NCBI RefSeq assembly: GCF_004010195.1
Contig: NC_057719.1
Location: forward strand, 18,435,159 to 18,499,158
Direction of reading: 5' to 3'
Length of the DNA stretch: 64,000 bases
Source: Chiloscyllium plagiosum
Lineage: Eukaryota
The notes below the pieces were generated by a model. That model was not told the DNA's origin, made no database searches, and was given only the letters and a program-made list of their open reading frames with translations. Within the stretch, counting starts at the first letter, position 1; each line of letters starts with the position of its first letter. Both the position numbers and the translations under genes were made by a program. Of the stretch, positions 50,493 through 62,540 are shown piece after piece.

Positions 50493-50756
50493 GAAAAAGT
50501 GAGGACTGCAGATGCTGGAGATCAGAGTTGAGAGTGTGCCCGAAACGTCAATTCTCCTGCTCCTTGGATGCTGCCTGATCTGCTGTACTTTTCCAGCTAG
50601 GAGAAAGTGAGGACTGCAGATGCTGGAGTACCAGAGTTGAAAAATGTGGTGCTGGAAAAACACAGCAGGCCAGGCAGCATCCGAGGAGCAGGAGACTTGA
50701 CGTTTCGGGCATAAGCCCTTCTTCAGGAATGTTTTCCAGCACCACACTCTCAACTC
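50493..50756. mobile_element. Multi-inverted Penelope pseudo-LTR insertion within an old CR1 tail
   Basis: Four alternating pLTR pieces; TSD tgatggac..aatgg at 50478-50492 and 50757-50771. Confidence 0.75.
50695..50730 (-). ncRNA. Minimal hammerhead ribozyme motif (PLE-associated)
   Basis: Reverse complement CTGAAGA-A-GGGC-TTAT-GCCC-GAA-ACGT-C; core intact, first stem I pair lost. Confidence 0.55.
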
Positions 50757-51216
50757 TGATGGACTAAATGGTCTACTTGTGCTCCTATATTTTATGGTCT
50801 TAATATATGATATAGAGATATAATATTTCCAGATTTCATCTGTAGGTTTGATTTAACTAACCCGTTCCTGTTTCTGTTCTGTGTATTATGGATTCTTTTG
50901 ATATGAACACTAACAAAAACTGAAATCCTTGACATTCCCTAATAACCTGCAGAATGTTAACAAACACTCCTGGTATGGAAGTTATGCTTTTTGACTGAGG
51001 TGGACTGCTCTGAAAAAAGGCTCCTTTCTAAGAAACATTACATGCATTTCTCACCCCAGTCAAATGTTCTCCAAACTGCCCTAAAACTTTCAAAATCTGT
51101 GTTTCCTGAGTGGAAATCACACTTGATGTTATTGAATGGTGCAGCAGCTCGAAACCTAACTAGCCTACTGCTGCTGCTAGTTTATACGTTCATACGTTTG
51201 GTTATCCTGATTTGGA

Positions 51217-51418
51217 TAGGGACAAAAAAACTGCAGATGCTGGAATCCAAGGTAGACAAGCATGAGGCTGGAAGGACATGGCAAGCCAGGTAGCATCAGG
51301 AGATGGAGAAGTCAACGTTTCAAGTGTAACCTATCTTCAGCCCTGGATTCTGAAGAAGGGTTAAACCCAAATCTTTGATTTCTCCACCTCCTGATGTTCT
51401 ACCTGCCTCCTGCTTGTC
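51217..51418. mobile_element. Palindromic Penelope-type mini-insertion (third family)
   Basis: Inverted arms around ctgaagaagggttaaaccc; TSD tatcc(t/g)gatttgga at 51203-51216 and 51419-51432. Confidence 0.75.
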
Positions 51419-51699
51419 TATCCGGATTTGGAAACAGCTAATGGCTTTCATTGTTTGTTTCCCTGTCATAAGCAATCCCAGTAAGGAAAGGTTTCCATTA
51501 ACTCTTCAGGACACAGCAATCAATTTCTCTCTGGCACATACCTGGATTTGATCATTGTTCTGGGAGAACTGTCTCACCTAGTCATTTTCTTCAAAGTAAC
51601 ATTTCCTCATAGCTTCAACAACCATATGCCACTATTTTGAATCTTGAACACTAAAAATGATCTAAATATGTAAATACACACCCTTTGTCACAATCATTC

Positions 51700-51970
51700 C
51701 AAATACTTTGAATAGTTAAAACTGAGTGACATAAAAATTATTAGGTCGATGATCAAAAGCTTGGTCAAAGAGTTAGGTTTCATGGAGAATTTTAGAGGCA
51801 AAAAGAAAGGTACAGATGTATAGGGAGGGAGTAACTGAATTTAGGACCTGGGCATCTCAAGGTATGGCTACCAAATGTGCAGAGCTTAAATTAAAATTAG
51901 AGATGTATAAAATGCTCCAACTAGAAGGAATGGGGAGAATTGTAAAATAAAATGAGGTTACAGAGCTGAC
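51700..51970 (-). mobile_element. L2-type LINE 3' remnant
   Basis: aaaagcttggtcaaagagttaggttt shared with 32070-32460. Confidence 0.5.
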
Positions 51971-52610
51971 TGGTTTCACAGATCTATTTGGATCACAGCT
52001 TCAGTTGCAAAAGAATAATTTGCCGACAAAATTTGAAACAGGGTGGGCTCATCCCATAGTCTGGAGGGATATCTTGGCATGAGATTTTACTGCCAACTTC
52101 ACATCATGCAAAGTGAACATCTTTTACTGCATACTGTCGGCAGTGCACATTGGCACCCAACAATTAACAATTTTATACTTACAGCATGGAAGCAGTCTCT
52201 TTTGCAGGACAAGACACACACCCTTTACTTGGTAGCAGAGTTCCTCTGAATGGATAGTAGTGCAAATTATACCACTTGGGTCTTATATCCATCCCCAATC
52301 TGAATGGTTTGAGCTCTATTGTGCTTGAAGCCACAGAAATATTAATGCTGCATTAATTATGTGACATTATTTGAAGGAGGAGAATCACTGGATGGATATC
52401 TCTGAAAAGACCATTATAGTTACTGAGAAATTGAGAAATGATCGAACAGTGGAAGACCATCTTGTCTGAATCTAACTGCCTTTTTGCTGTACCTTAGTGC
52501 ATCCTACATTTGTAAGAAAGTTGTGCGATGCAGCTTTGGCATAGTGAATGTGGGATAAGGAGTAAAAATTGAGCACAGTGTTTGAAATTTCCTAAGTTAG
52601 GTTTGTGTCA

Positions 52611-52920
52611 TTAGATTAGATTACATTACATTACAGTGTGGAAACAGGCCCTTCAGCCCAACAAGTCCACACCGACGCGCAACCCACCCATACTCCTACA
52701 TCCACCCCCCACCTAACACTATGGGCAATTTAGCATGGCCAATTCACCTGACCTGCACATCTTTGGACTGTGGGAGGAAACCGGAGCACCCGGAGGAAAC
52801 CCACGCAGACACGGGGAGAATGTGCAAACTCCACACAGTCAGTCGCCTGAGGCGGGAATTGAACCCGGGTCTCTGGCGCTGTGAGGCAGCAGTGCTAATC
52901 ACTGTGCCACCGTGCTGCCC
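52611..52920 (-). mobile_element. Young HE1-type SINE
   Basis: Full head to (ttaga)n tail; short TSD gtcat. Confidence 0.92.
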
Positions 52921-52944
52921 AGTCATGTTTCATAAGCCTCACAA

Positions 52945-53245
52945 AGAGCTGGAGTAAAGCTTCTGAGGACACAGGTTCAAATCCCACCATGGCAGACAGT
53001 GAAATTTGGTGTCAATAAAATTGTGGTATAAAAGGTTAGTCTCATGGTGACCACTGCCAAAAGCCTAACTGGTTCACTGATGCCCTTTCGGGAAGGAAAC
53101 CTGCCATTCTTACCTGGTCTGGCCTGTGACTCTAGATTTCATATATCTGGTTAATTCTTAAATTCCCTCTGGGCAAGTAGAAACAGTCAATACATGCTGG
53201 CCGAGTCAGAAGTGCCCACATCCCATGAATAAATAATTTTTAAAA
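52945..53245 (+). mobile_element. tRNA-derived SINE (family of 4259-4580)
   Basis: ggttcaaatcccaccatggcag...gaaggaaacctgcc...gcccacatcccatgaat. Confidence 0.7.
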
Positions 53246-54342
53246 ACTGAAGCCAGACGGAGCATATCTCAGTGATTGCGTCATAGTCCATTGGCAAGCT
53301 ATGGAGCATTTTCCTGGATTTAACTTGGAGCATGATCTCAGCATTAAGATCTCGCTTGACCAATGACCTGATTGATGTCTAGCCTTCCACATTCAAAGTA
53401 GCTATGCTACCCACAACCCTTCACTTTGCCATATGTAATTCACCATTATCAACACAAGGTCAAATATCTTGTCATTACTAGAACTTTCCCTTTAAAAATG
53501 AGCCCCAGTCTTGAATAACAGATGCATTGCCATTTTCTCTGCTCTCCAGCGAAGTTTGCTATAGGTAGAAGATTTATCACATTTCAGTTACCGAGTCAAA
53601 TTGAAGGTTGGAGGATGATATGTAAATTTGCACCTATCTCAACTAGAGTTTTGCCATCACCTGAAAACCAAGACATCAAGTTTTTATTGCTTTTTTTTTC
53701 TCAATAATAAAGCACAGACTTGATATATTTGAAATGAAAAGCCTTTCAAAATTACTTCACAGACACAGACAACCTTGATTTGGAAAAATGCTAGGGAACA
53801 GACCTTTTCACACCATGAGCAGTTAGGGTCTGGAGTGTGCAGTCTGGAAATGTAGTGAAGGCAAGTTGAATCAAAGCATTCAAGGGGACATTGGATGATT
53901 ATTTAAATAAAAATAACACGTAGGGTGATGGGGTAAAGGCAGGCGATTAGCAATAAGTTAAAATGCTCAGAAGGCTACCCTAGTCACGATGGGCTGAATG
54001 GCCCCCTTCTCTAAGACTTGTGTGATTCTATGAACATTCATAAAATCCCTTCAAGCCCAATTTTAAAAAATGCTGATTGCTTCTCAAACTTTTTCAAAAG
54101 TTATTTTCCTAAATAGTAACAAGGAAACATTCTGAATAGGAAGGGCCATTTCGAATTTGGTGGAGTTTGTTTTTACAAAAGTACAAAAGCTGAGCAGAAT
54201 CACTGCATGGCTGAGTAATGAATGAAAATTTCAGATTTTAACCCTAACTTTGACAGTGGTCTCATCTTGTTCCTCAACATCTGAGCTGGTGTTATTGCTT
54301 TTAAATTCCTCCAACTTACTTCTGTTTTCTTACGATCATTAG

Positions 54343-56066
54343 AGTCATAGTCATAGAGTTGTACAAAATGGGAACAAGGGCTTCAGCCCAACTCGACCAT
54401 GTTGACCAATATTTTAAATTAATCTTGTCCCATTTGACAGCATTTGGCCCATATCCCTTCAAATCTTTGACTGAAAACAAGAAATGCTAGCGATCACAGC
54501 GGGTTAAGAAGCCATGTCAGCAGCATTGTTTTGTAAGGTGGCCTCATCCAAACAGATACAACATGGGTGAAGGAAGTGGGAGAATAAGATGGAATCCTTG
54601 CAGGATGTGGGGTGGGAAGAGCTGTAGTGAAGGTAGCTATGGGAGTCAGTGGCTGTGTAGTGGATGGCAGTGGATAGCTTATTCCCCGAAATGGACATGG
54701 AGAGATCAAGGAAAATAAGGGAAGAGTCAGAAATGGATGATATAGAAGTTTTAGAGGAGTAGAAATCGGAGGCAAAATGAACAAATCGTCCAAGGTCCAG
54801 GTGGCACCGAAACAGTTGTTGATTTACCGAGAAAAGAATTGTGGGAGGGGCCAGTGTAGGGCTGAAACAAAGATTGCTCCACATATCCCATAAAGAGGCA
54901 GGCATAACTGAGACCCATGCAGGTGCCCTTCGCCACACCTTTGACTTGGCAGAAGTGAAATGAATTAAAGAAAAAATTATTCAGTGAGAGAACAAGTTCA
55001 GTCAAGCTGAGGAGAGTGGTGGGGAATGGGAATGGTTCAGGCCACTGGTTGAGGAAGAATCCAAGGGCTCTCAGACCATCCTGGTGGGGAATTGAAGGAT
55101 AAAGGGGATGGACATCCATTGTGAACAGAACTGGAAATTGTCAACATGGTGGAGGGGATCAGACGTATCATGGATGCAAGTGGGCAGAGTCTGGACAAGT
55201 TGAGAGAGGATGGAGTCAAGGTAAGAGGAAATGAGTTCGGTAGGGCAGGAACAGGCTGATATGATGGGTCTACTGGGACAGTCTGATTTGTGGGTTTTGG
55301 AAGGAGTTAGAAGCAGACTCTCCAGGAGATTTATAAGGTTAGAGGCAGTGGAGGGAAGATCTCTGGAAGTAATGAGGTTGGTGATAGTCCTGGCAACAAT
55401 GGCTCTAAGCCCTTACTATTCATAGTACCATTTTGGCAAAGCCCTTCATCAGGAATTTCCTGATGAAGAACTTTTGCCCGAAACCTCGATTTTCCTGCTC
55501 CTCAGATGCTGCCTGACTTGCTGTGCTTTTCCAGCAACACACTCTCAACTCTAATCTTCAGCATCTGCAGTCCTGACTTTCACCTTCTTGTTTGTATATC
55601 CAGCCTCCATCACCTTCTCTGGCAGCTCATTCCATACACATTTTATCTTCTGTGTGAAAAAATTGCCTCTTGGGTTCCTTTTCAATCTTTCCCCCTCACC
55701 TTAAACCTATGCCTTTTAGTTTTGGACTCTTGGAAAAAGAACTTGTCTATTTACCCTATCCATGTCCCTCATGATTTTATAAATCTCTGTAAGGTCACAC
55801 CTCAGCCTCCAATGCTCTAGGGAAAACAGTGCCAGCCTATTCAGCCTTTCCCTATAGCTCAAACCCTCCAAACCTGGAAACATCCTTGCAAATCATTATT
55901 GTACCCTTTCAAGTTTAACAACATCTTTCTGAGAGCAGGGAAACCAGAGCTGAACGCAGTATTCCAAAAGTGGACTAGTCAATGTCCTGTATAGCCACAA
56001 CATGACCTCCCAGCCCCTCTAATCAATGCAGACCAATGAAGGCAAGCAATACCAAATGTCTTCACT
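54343..56066 (-). mobile_element. CR1 3' fragment split by a Penelope insertion and flanked by a ~79-bp direct repeat
   Basis: Tail at 54343-54470 continues at ~55590-56066; flanks 54264-54342 and 56067-56144 match. Confidence 0.8.
54470..55590 (-). mobile_element. Penelope-like element RT remnant with inverted pseudo-LTR
   Basis: ORFs 54751..55119 (MDVHPLYPSIPH...QVKGVAKGTCMGLSYACLFMGYVEQ) and 54504..54938 (IFLDLS...TDSHSYLHY); ttcatcaggaa-t-ttcctgatgaa inversion at ~55445-55467. Confidence 0.85.
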
Positions 56067-57297
56067 ATCCTGTTCCTTGACACCTGAGCTGGTGTTATTA
56101 CTTTTAACTTCCTCCAACCTACTTGAATTTTTTACTATCATTAGTAATTCTGATGGAGACATGTGGAATGTGTGAACTCCTCGCCAGGCCTGGGGCCTGA
56201 CCTAAGAAGTAAATCTCAGCAAGACTCACTTGCTGTTCCATGTCTGGAATTCGAACCTTGATAAAGGCTTCAATTCTAGCATAGAAAGAAGTGTAAATAA
56301 AGACAAGCTCCACACACCTTTGACATGAGGAACAGTTCATTGTAATTTCTGCACCTCATTTCCATTTCGATATACCAAGAATGTAAACAAGTGAAAAAAC
56401 AAAGTTAATCTAACTCAGGGGAATGCAACCTTTTTATATGACAGGTCATATTTCAATTTATTTCTCATCCATGGGGGCCAGTGAGCAAAACTTGGAAAGA
56501 TGAAGGAATAGAAATTTCTTTTGCTCTCATTGAAACAACAAGAGTGCACACATTTACGAACAAGCTGCAAATGAGAAGATTAATTTATTAACTTGCTTTA
56601 CCATGAACACTGATTATGTGGCATTGCAGTTCCTACACGAAGATTGTACTCTCCACCATACTCATAGTTACATGCCACAACAATATTGGAGTTCCTGACT
56701 AACATAGTATGCAATTGTTATCAATTATTATAAAACAGATCCAGGAATAATATTACAGAAACACTAGTGGTATATGTACTCTCTCGGAGCCAAACACTCC
56801 AAGTTCAACATTTTTCTCCCAGCCATTTCCCACATGTAATTTTACAAATTGCCTGTCTAGTTGTATTCCAAAATTTAATTTTCTGAAAGAAATCTATCTA
56901 ATTTGTATTTCACTGAATCAATAGCAACTGTTTCTAATGTCTCCCTCGGCAATTTGTCGCTTAAATTAATCTATTGTTCCCTGAAGTTTTGGGGGATATT
57001 TTAACTGCCCAAAGTGGATTAGGGGTAGGAGGCTAAAATTACAAAAAATGTGAAACCTGACACTAGCCAACTCCCAAAACACAAGCCTTTGGTTTGAACA
57101 GAGGCATGTTTGCAAGGTTGAGTAATGGCAGATGAATAAGCTGCGCTTGAGAGGCTGTTGAGTTTTCAAATAGTTTAATGAGGCTGCATGCTGGAAATTT
57201 CACCAATGGTTTTGATTTCACAGTTTTGGGCCAGGCTTCTCCACAATCGGGAATTCCAGCAGGTAAAGCGTTTGATTAAACAGCTTGTGGGTGAGAA

Positions 57298-57430
57298 GAC
57301 AGAAGTAAGTACTACCGATGCTGGAGATTAGAGTCAAGATTAGAGTGGTGCTGGGAAAGCACAGCAGGTCAGGCAGCATTCGAGGAGCAGGAAAATTGAC
57401 GCTTCAGGCAAAAGCCCTTCATCTGGAATG
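57298..57430 (-). mobile_element. Penelope pseudo-LTR fragment
   Basis: Reverse complement ccagatgaagggcttttgcctgaagcgtcaattttcctgctcc. Confidence 0.7.
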
Positions 57431-57519
57431 GGTGAGAAGGAGCAACCTCTACTCTGAAGCTGTTCTCACTTGCAATCTCTCGCTCTGTCCCTCCTTCCTC
57501 CCCATTCTCTGGTTGGCTT

Positions 57520-59590
57520 CTTGCATTGCTGCTGGTTTGATGTTGGCCAATGTCAAAGCAGGCCTCCTGTTTCTTCAGGGTTGTGGGATACCGCACCTCA
57601 GCAGCGACAGGACATGGTCGAGTGTATGGGCACACGGGCCATTGATCTGGTTGGGGGAATATGAGATTGCTGTTCCTCTGGCCTAGGAATCTGCTGTGAG
57701 AAGGCAGCTTTACCGTCTCTGAAGTGAAGGAGGTGGTGGGCGGTCACCTCCTCAAAGCAGATGCTACAGAAACGCCCCCCTGAGATGCCTTGGTGGTAAA
57801 GAGTGAATGACTGATAATCCAGCAGCAGTTCGGTGACGTCCAGGCCTACCACTCTGACTGGAGTCTTCAACTGCAATACGGATGGATGATCTGGAGGGGC
57901 TGGCAACACACTGGAAGCCATGATTCCTAATGGGAATGGTTAAAGTCACCAAGTTGCAGGATGTCTTCAGCACCCCTGCAGATGAAGGGTAAATACATCT
58001 GGTCACTGCCAGACGGGTCTATCCGTTCAAGGATAGATTTCCTGTTTGTGTCCTGCACTTTCTTGGTCAGATCCACCAATGCCAAGCCGGTGTTCTTCTC
58101 TGACCACTACCTCCTGCTGGCCGACTGTCACCTACAGGACAACTGTGGGCGGCACGGTGGCACAGTGGTTAGCACTGCTGCCTCACAGCGCCAGAGACCC
58201 GGGTTCAATTCCCGCCTTAGGCGACTGACTGTGTGGAGTTTGCACATTCTCCCTGTGTCTGCGTGGGTTTTCTCTGGATGCTCTGGTTTCCTCCCACAGT
58301 CCAAAAATGTGCAGGTTAGGTGAATTGGCCAGGCTAAATTGACCATAGTGTTAGGTGCAGGGGTAAATGTAAGGGAATGGGTCTGGGTGGGTTGCTCTTT
58401 GGCGGATCAGTGTGGACTTGTTGGGCTGAAGGGCCTGTTTCCATGTTGTAAGTAATCTAATCTAATCTAAAAAAAACAGTGGGTCAGCCAGGCAACGTGG
58501 AGACTGAACGTGAGACCACTGACTCTAGAAAACACTGAGGAGTGCAAAAGGGATTACACATTGGAGAACTGTGAAGCTCCTCTTTGAGTCTCCAGCAGAT
58601 TTGTGGGAAACAGTCAAGGGAAACGTCAAGTGGTTCATTATCTTCAAAGGTGTTCAGAAGGCAAGAGAGAAAGGCTAATGAGGAAAACTATCCAAACTCC
58701 AGGAGAGCATGCAGAACTATTCCTGCTGAAGACCATGGGGATCAATGTCACAGAGGATCCCAAGGAGGTGAAGAGCCAGCGAGTCTCACTCTTTGCCTCA
58801 GAGCTCTCTAAGACCCTGCTGGATAAGGAGAGGGTGGATCCCCTCGGGTTGTTCCCTGAGCAGATTTTCAAAATCAAAGAATGCTTCATCACCAGAACTT
58901 TCCAACAAGCACCAAGACATCGCCTGGCTGGTGGTGAGAAGGGAGAGAACAGTCAGATCCTTCATGCACGCCCAGACTGTGTGCATCACCACACACAGGA
59001 GATGGGATTAGAAACTGTCACACATTTCCTGCTGGAATGTGCCTTTGCAAAGGACGTCTGGAGAGAGATGCAGTGGTTTTTGACAAGGTTCGTCCTGAGC
59101 AGTTCCGTGACGTAGGACTCTTGCTGTCCCGTCTGTTCCCCAGGACGCACACCAAGACAAACATTGACTGTGCCTGGAGCACCATTGACTTGGTGAAAGA
59201 CACTCTTTGATCTGCCCAAAACTTGTTGATCTTCAAGACCAAGGTGTTGACTCGAACCAAGTCTTCCAACCTGGCATATGCCCAGGTCTAGGACTACATA
59301 CTGAGGGACACACTAAAGCTTGGGGCAGCTGCTGCCAAAGCACAGTGGGGAAAGACCATCTAAGATCTTTCTGTCAAAGTTAAATGGAGGTCCTTTCAGT
59401 TATCGAAGCTCCCCAATGCCTCAAATATATGTAAATATAGTTGTGCACCAGGCAGAAAAGCCTTGGTATGTTTGTTACAGTCAAATTCCAGTGTCTATTT
59501 CCTCGTGCTACTGCACAGAACTGAACTGCTTCAGTGACTATGCATGTATTTAAAGATTTTTTTATGAATAAAATATATTTTTGAAATAAA
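57520..59590 (+). mobile_element. Internally deleted Tx1/L1-clade LINE ORF2 remnant
   Basis: Endonuclease LLFLQGCG..., SRIDFLFVS...FFSDH; C-terminal Zn-finger ETVTHFLLECAFAKDVW; aataaa-rich end; most RT missing. Confidence 0.75.
58147..58476 (+). mobile_element. Young HE1-type SINE nested in Tx1 element
   Basis: gggcggcacggtggcacagtggttagc head; (tctaa)n tail; TSD-like aac(t/a)gtggg. Confidence 0.92.
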
Positions 59591-61571
59591 AACACACTTG
59601 CCAGCCAGTCTAACCTGTGCACTCTCGTTAGTTGCCACCTGAGAAACACAGACAGGAATGTAAAAGGTATCTTGCTATCGAATTCAGCAAGTCCTCTGCA
59701 TTGCCAAGGTTCCTGCTGACAACAACTACCAGTTGCCCCCTCCTTCATTTTCCTGCAATATGGGGCTGTTGTTTTCAAACACTAGATGCAAATTTACCTC
59801 ATTTTGGATAAGGTGAAATTGCTTGTCTAGGTCTAAATAATCTAGTGGATTCAGAATCCTAAGTACCACAGTTATATCATCTTTTAACGTTTCCAGATTC
59901 AGTGAAAACATTACCAAGTTTTCTGAAGTTAGGAAAAATGGCAGAGCTGGGTCATTGACCGAGCGTGAGTTATGCAGGAAGCTTCATCTTTCAGCGACCC
60001 ACAATCCTTGGTGATGTAAATAAGTCCCGGTGGGGCAGGGTGTGGTGATCAGGGCTGATTGCTTTCAGGAATGGAGGGGAAAAGGGAGGTGAAGAGAAGC
60101 ACCAAATTTTCTTTGCGAAGAGAAGGGGAGATATTGTGCTGCAACAACTTTCTGTAACCATTTGGTTAAACACTCACCATGGCCTCTTCAAACCCAACGT
60201 TAATTAAACATCCAGTACGTGTGCATCTCTTGATCCTTCCATCTAAAATTGCATGGCTCTCCATGTGGTCTCTCTAGGATGCAGTTTTACCATTTCAGTT
60301 AGACTCTCTGTCCTCTGGGTGTGGGTGTGGGTGGCGTTCATATGCTGGGTTCCAGGGTTTTCTTAAATTAGTTCTGGGACTATGGGAGACATTGGCAAGG
60401 CATTTATGGCCATCACAAGTTGCACCAAGAATGTGATGATAGGCCTTATTTCTTGAAACATTGTAGTCATTTTATGCAACTGAGTGACTTTCTTCAGAGA
60501 GCCTCTACTTAGCTCTCCCAGTCTCTGCTTGTGCTGCGGTAGATCATGATCACAGTTGGCACAGTGGCTGAAGTAGGCAGTTAGATCACAGATTTTTGTA
60601 GGCAATCAGAATAACACTCATTTGAGGTTGGACACTTTAGCACATTACAACATAATGTGAATTTTCTTATGAGCATGCTCCATGTCATGTTGGACACTTC
60701 AGACTCTGAGAAACAAAAGCTGAACAATCCAATGTTTAGGCCTGTTTTTATATTTTATACCACCCTCACCAGCCGAGGCAGTAACCCAATGGGATGCAAA
60801 GACATCACCCCCAAAACATCACAGTACAGATCTCCAAGTAGCACTCACCGACGAACCTCGAATTCGCTTCTTCTCCATCGTTTTGTTTAATGTTCAGCCA
60901 TAGCTTTTCAGGCCTTTGACGGAAGCACTAGTGAAAGGGTTAAAGGAACTGAGTTCCTCCCTTTCTGATTTACCATGCACCTGCTGCAAAAGGAGAGGAG
61001 CTGAGATAAGAATCTTTATCCTTTGCTCACCCCCACAATTCAAACTTTAACAAGCATTTGCAAATTGTGCAGAAAATTTCACGACTGTTAACTGGGGTAT
61101 GCAAACAAACTTTGTTTCAGTTTAAATATAAACTCTCGGCAATTCAGTGTCGCTGAAAAAAGTAACATCAGACAACTTTCCTAATACAATTAAATAAACC
61201 ATTTCCGCCAGCGCCTAATTCTTTATATTAAATGTAGCACATGATCTCACTTACTTATTTCTTTCTGAAATGCAAGCACCAATAGAATTCAATGGCAGAG
61301 ATGTGACGGTGTATACTTTGGATCCAAAAAAGATACTCATAAAAATATTTTCTCACTGGTGCAAGTATAGAGGTGTGGAGAACCAAAATGTACAGGCATC
61401 AATGTACACAATTCACTAAAATAAAGTGGATAAATACATAAAGTAATCAAACAGCCTCGCACTGAACATAGAACTAATGCTCTATACAACTTCTTTAACA
61501 GTTATTTAATAGGACATGGATATTGCTGGCAAGACCAGCAATTACTCCCCATCCCCACCTGCTCTTGATAA

Positions 61572-62008
61572 CATGAAAGCCTTCCACATCCATCAAAGTT
61601 TTACCTGCACATCCACTAATATCATTTATTGTATCCGTTGCTCCCGATGCAGTCTCCTCTACATTTGGGAGACTGGGCGCCTCCTAGCAGAGCGCTTTAG
61701 GGAACATCTCCGAGACACCCGCACCAATCAACCACACCGCCCCGTGGCCCAACATTTCAACTCCCCCTCCCACTCTACCGAGGACATGGAGGTACTGGGC
61801 CTCCTTCACCGCCGCTCCCTCACCACCAGACGCCTGGAGGAAGAACGCCTCATCTTCCACCTCGGAACACTTCACCTAGCTTATCTCTCCACGCTTCAGG
61901 CTCACTGCCTTTATTCCTGATGAAGGGCTTTTGCCCGAAACGTCGATTTCACTGCTCGTTGGATGCTGCCTGAACTGCTGTGCTCTTCCAGCACCACTAA
62001 TCCAGAAA
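61572..62008 (+). mobile_element. Young Penelope-like element 3' end (GIY-YIG endonuclease plus pseudo-LTR)
   Basis: ORF 61516..61920 FTCTSTNIIYCIRCSRCSLLYIWETGR.LAERFREH...PVAQHFN...RRLEEERLIFHLGTL. Confidence 0.9.
61911..61950 (+). ncRNA. Minimal type I hammerhead ribozyme motif
   Basis: CTGATGA(61917-61923)-A-GGGC-TTTT-GCCC-GAA-ACGT-C(61944); palindromic stem III, short stem I. Confidence 0.65.
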
Positions 62009-62114
62009 GTGATAAGGAGCTATTACCTCTTCATTATCCCAAATCTCATGAAGTATAAAGGTGCAAGGCTGGATTTTCATCTTTGAGACATAGCGGGAGT
62101 TAAGATATTTCCAA

Positions 62115-62540
62115 AGAAACATAGAAAATAGTAGTAGAATTAGGCCATTGAGCATGTTCAACATCATCAGTTCAGATGATCCAACTCTGCGCCCTGTTCC
62201 TGAATTCATCCTTTGAACCCTTCAGCCTGTGAAGCGATAGCTATCACATCAAAAACTTTCAATGTTTTGGTCTCATCCATTTTTTGTGTCAGAGAATTCT
62301 GTAAGCTTGCCACTCTCTGGGGAGATGAAATTTCTCCTCATGGCAATCGTAATGGACTTACCCCACATCCTTAGACTGTGACCCCTGGTTATGGATTCCC
62401 TGATCATTGGGAACATCCTTCCTATGTTTAGCCTGTCCAGTCCAGTTAGAATTCTATAGGTCTCTGTGTGAACCCCCACCTCCCATTCTTCTAAATTCCA
62501 ATGAATATCATCCTAACTGATCCAGTTTCTCATCTTCTGG
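62115..62540 (-). mobile_element. Old CR1 3' end
   Basis: ORF 62273..62479(-) ETYRILTGLDRL...TRGHSLRM; aacatagaa tail. Confidence 0.75.

Noticed and set aside
57440..57840. Inverted 5' segment (twin priming) of the Tx1 element
   Set aside because: The plus strand reads as the endonuclease N-terminus (LANVKAGLLFLQ...EVKEVVGG), collinear with the rest.
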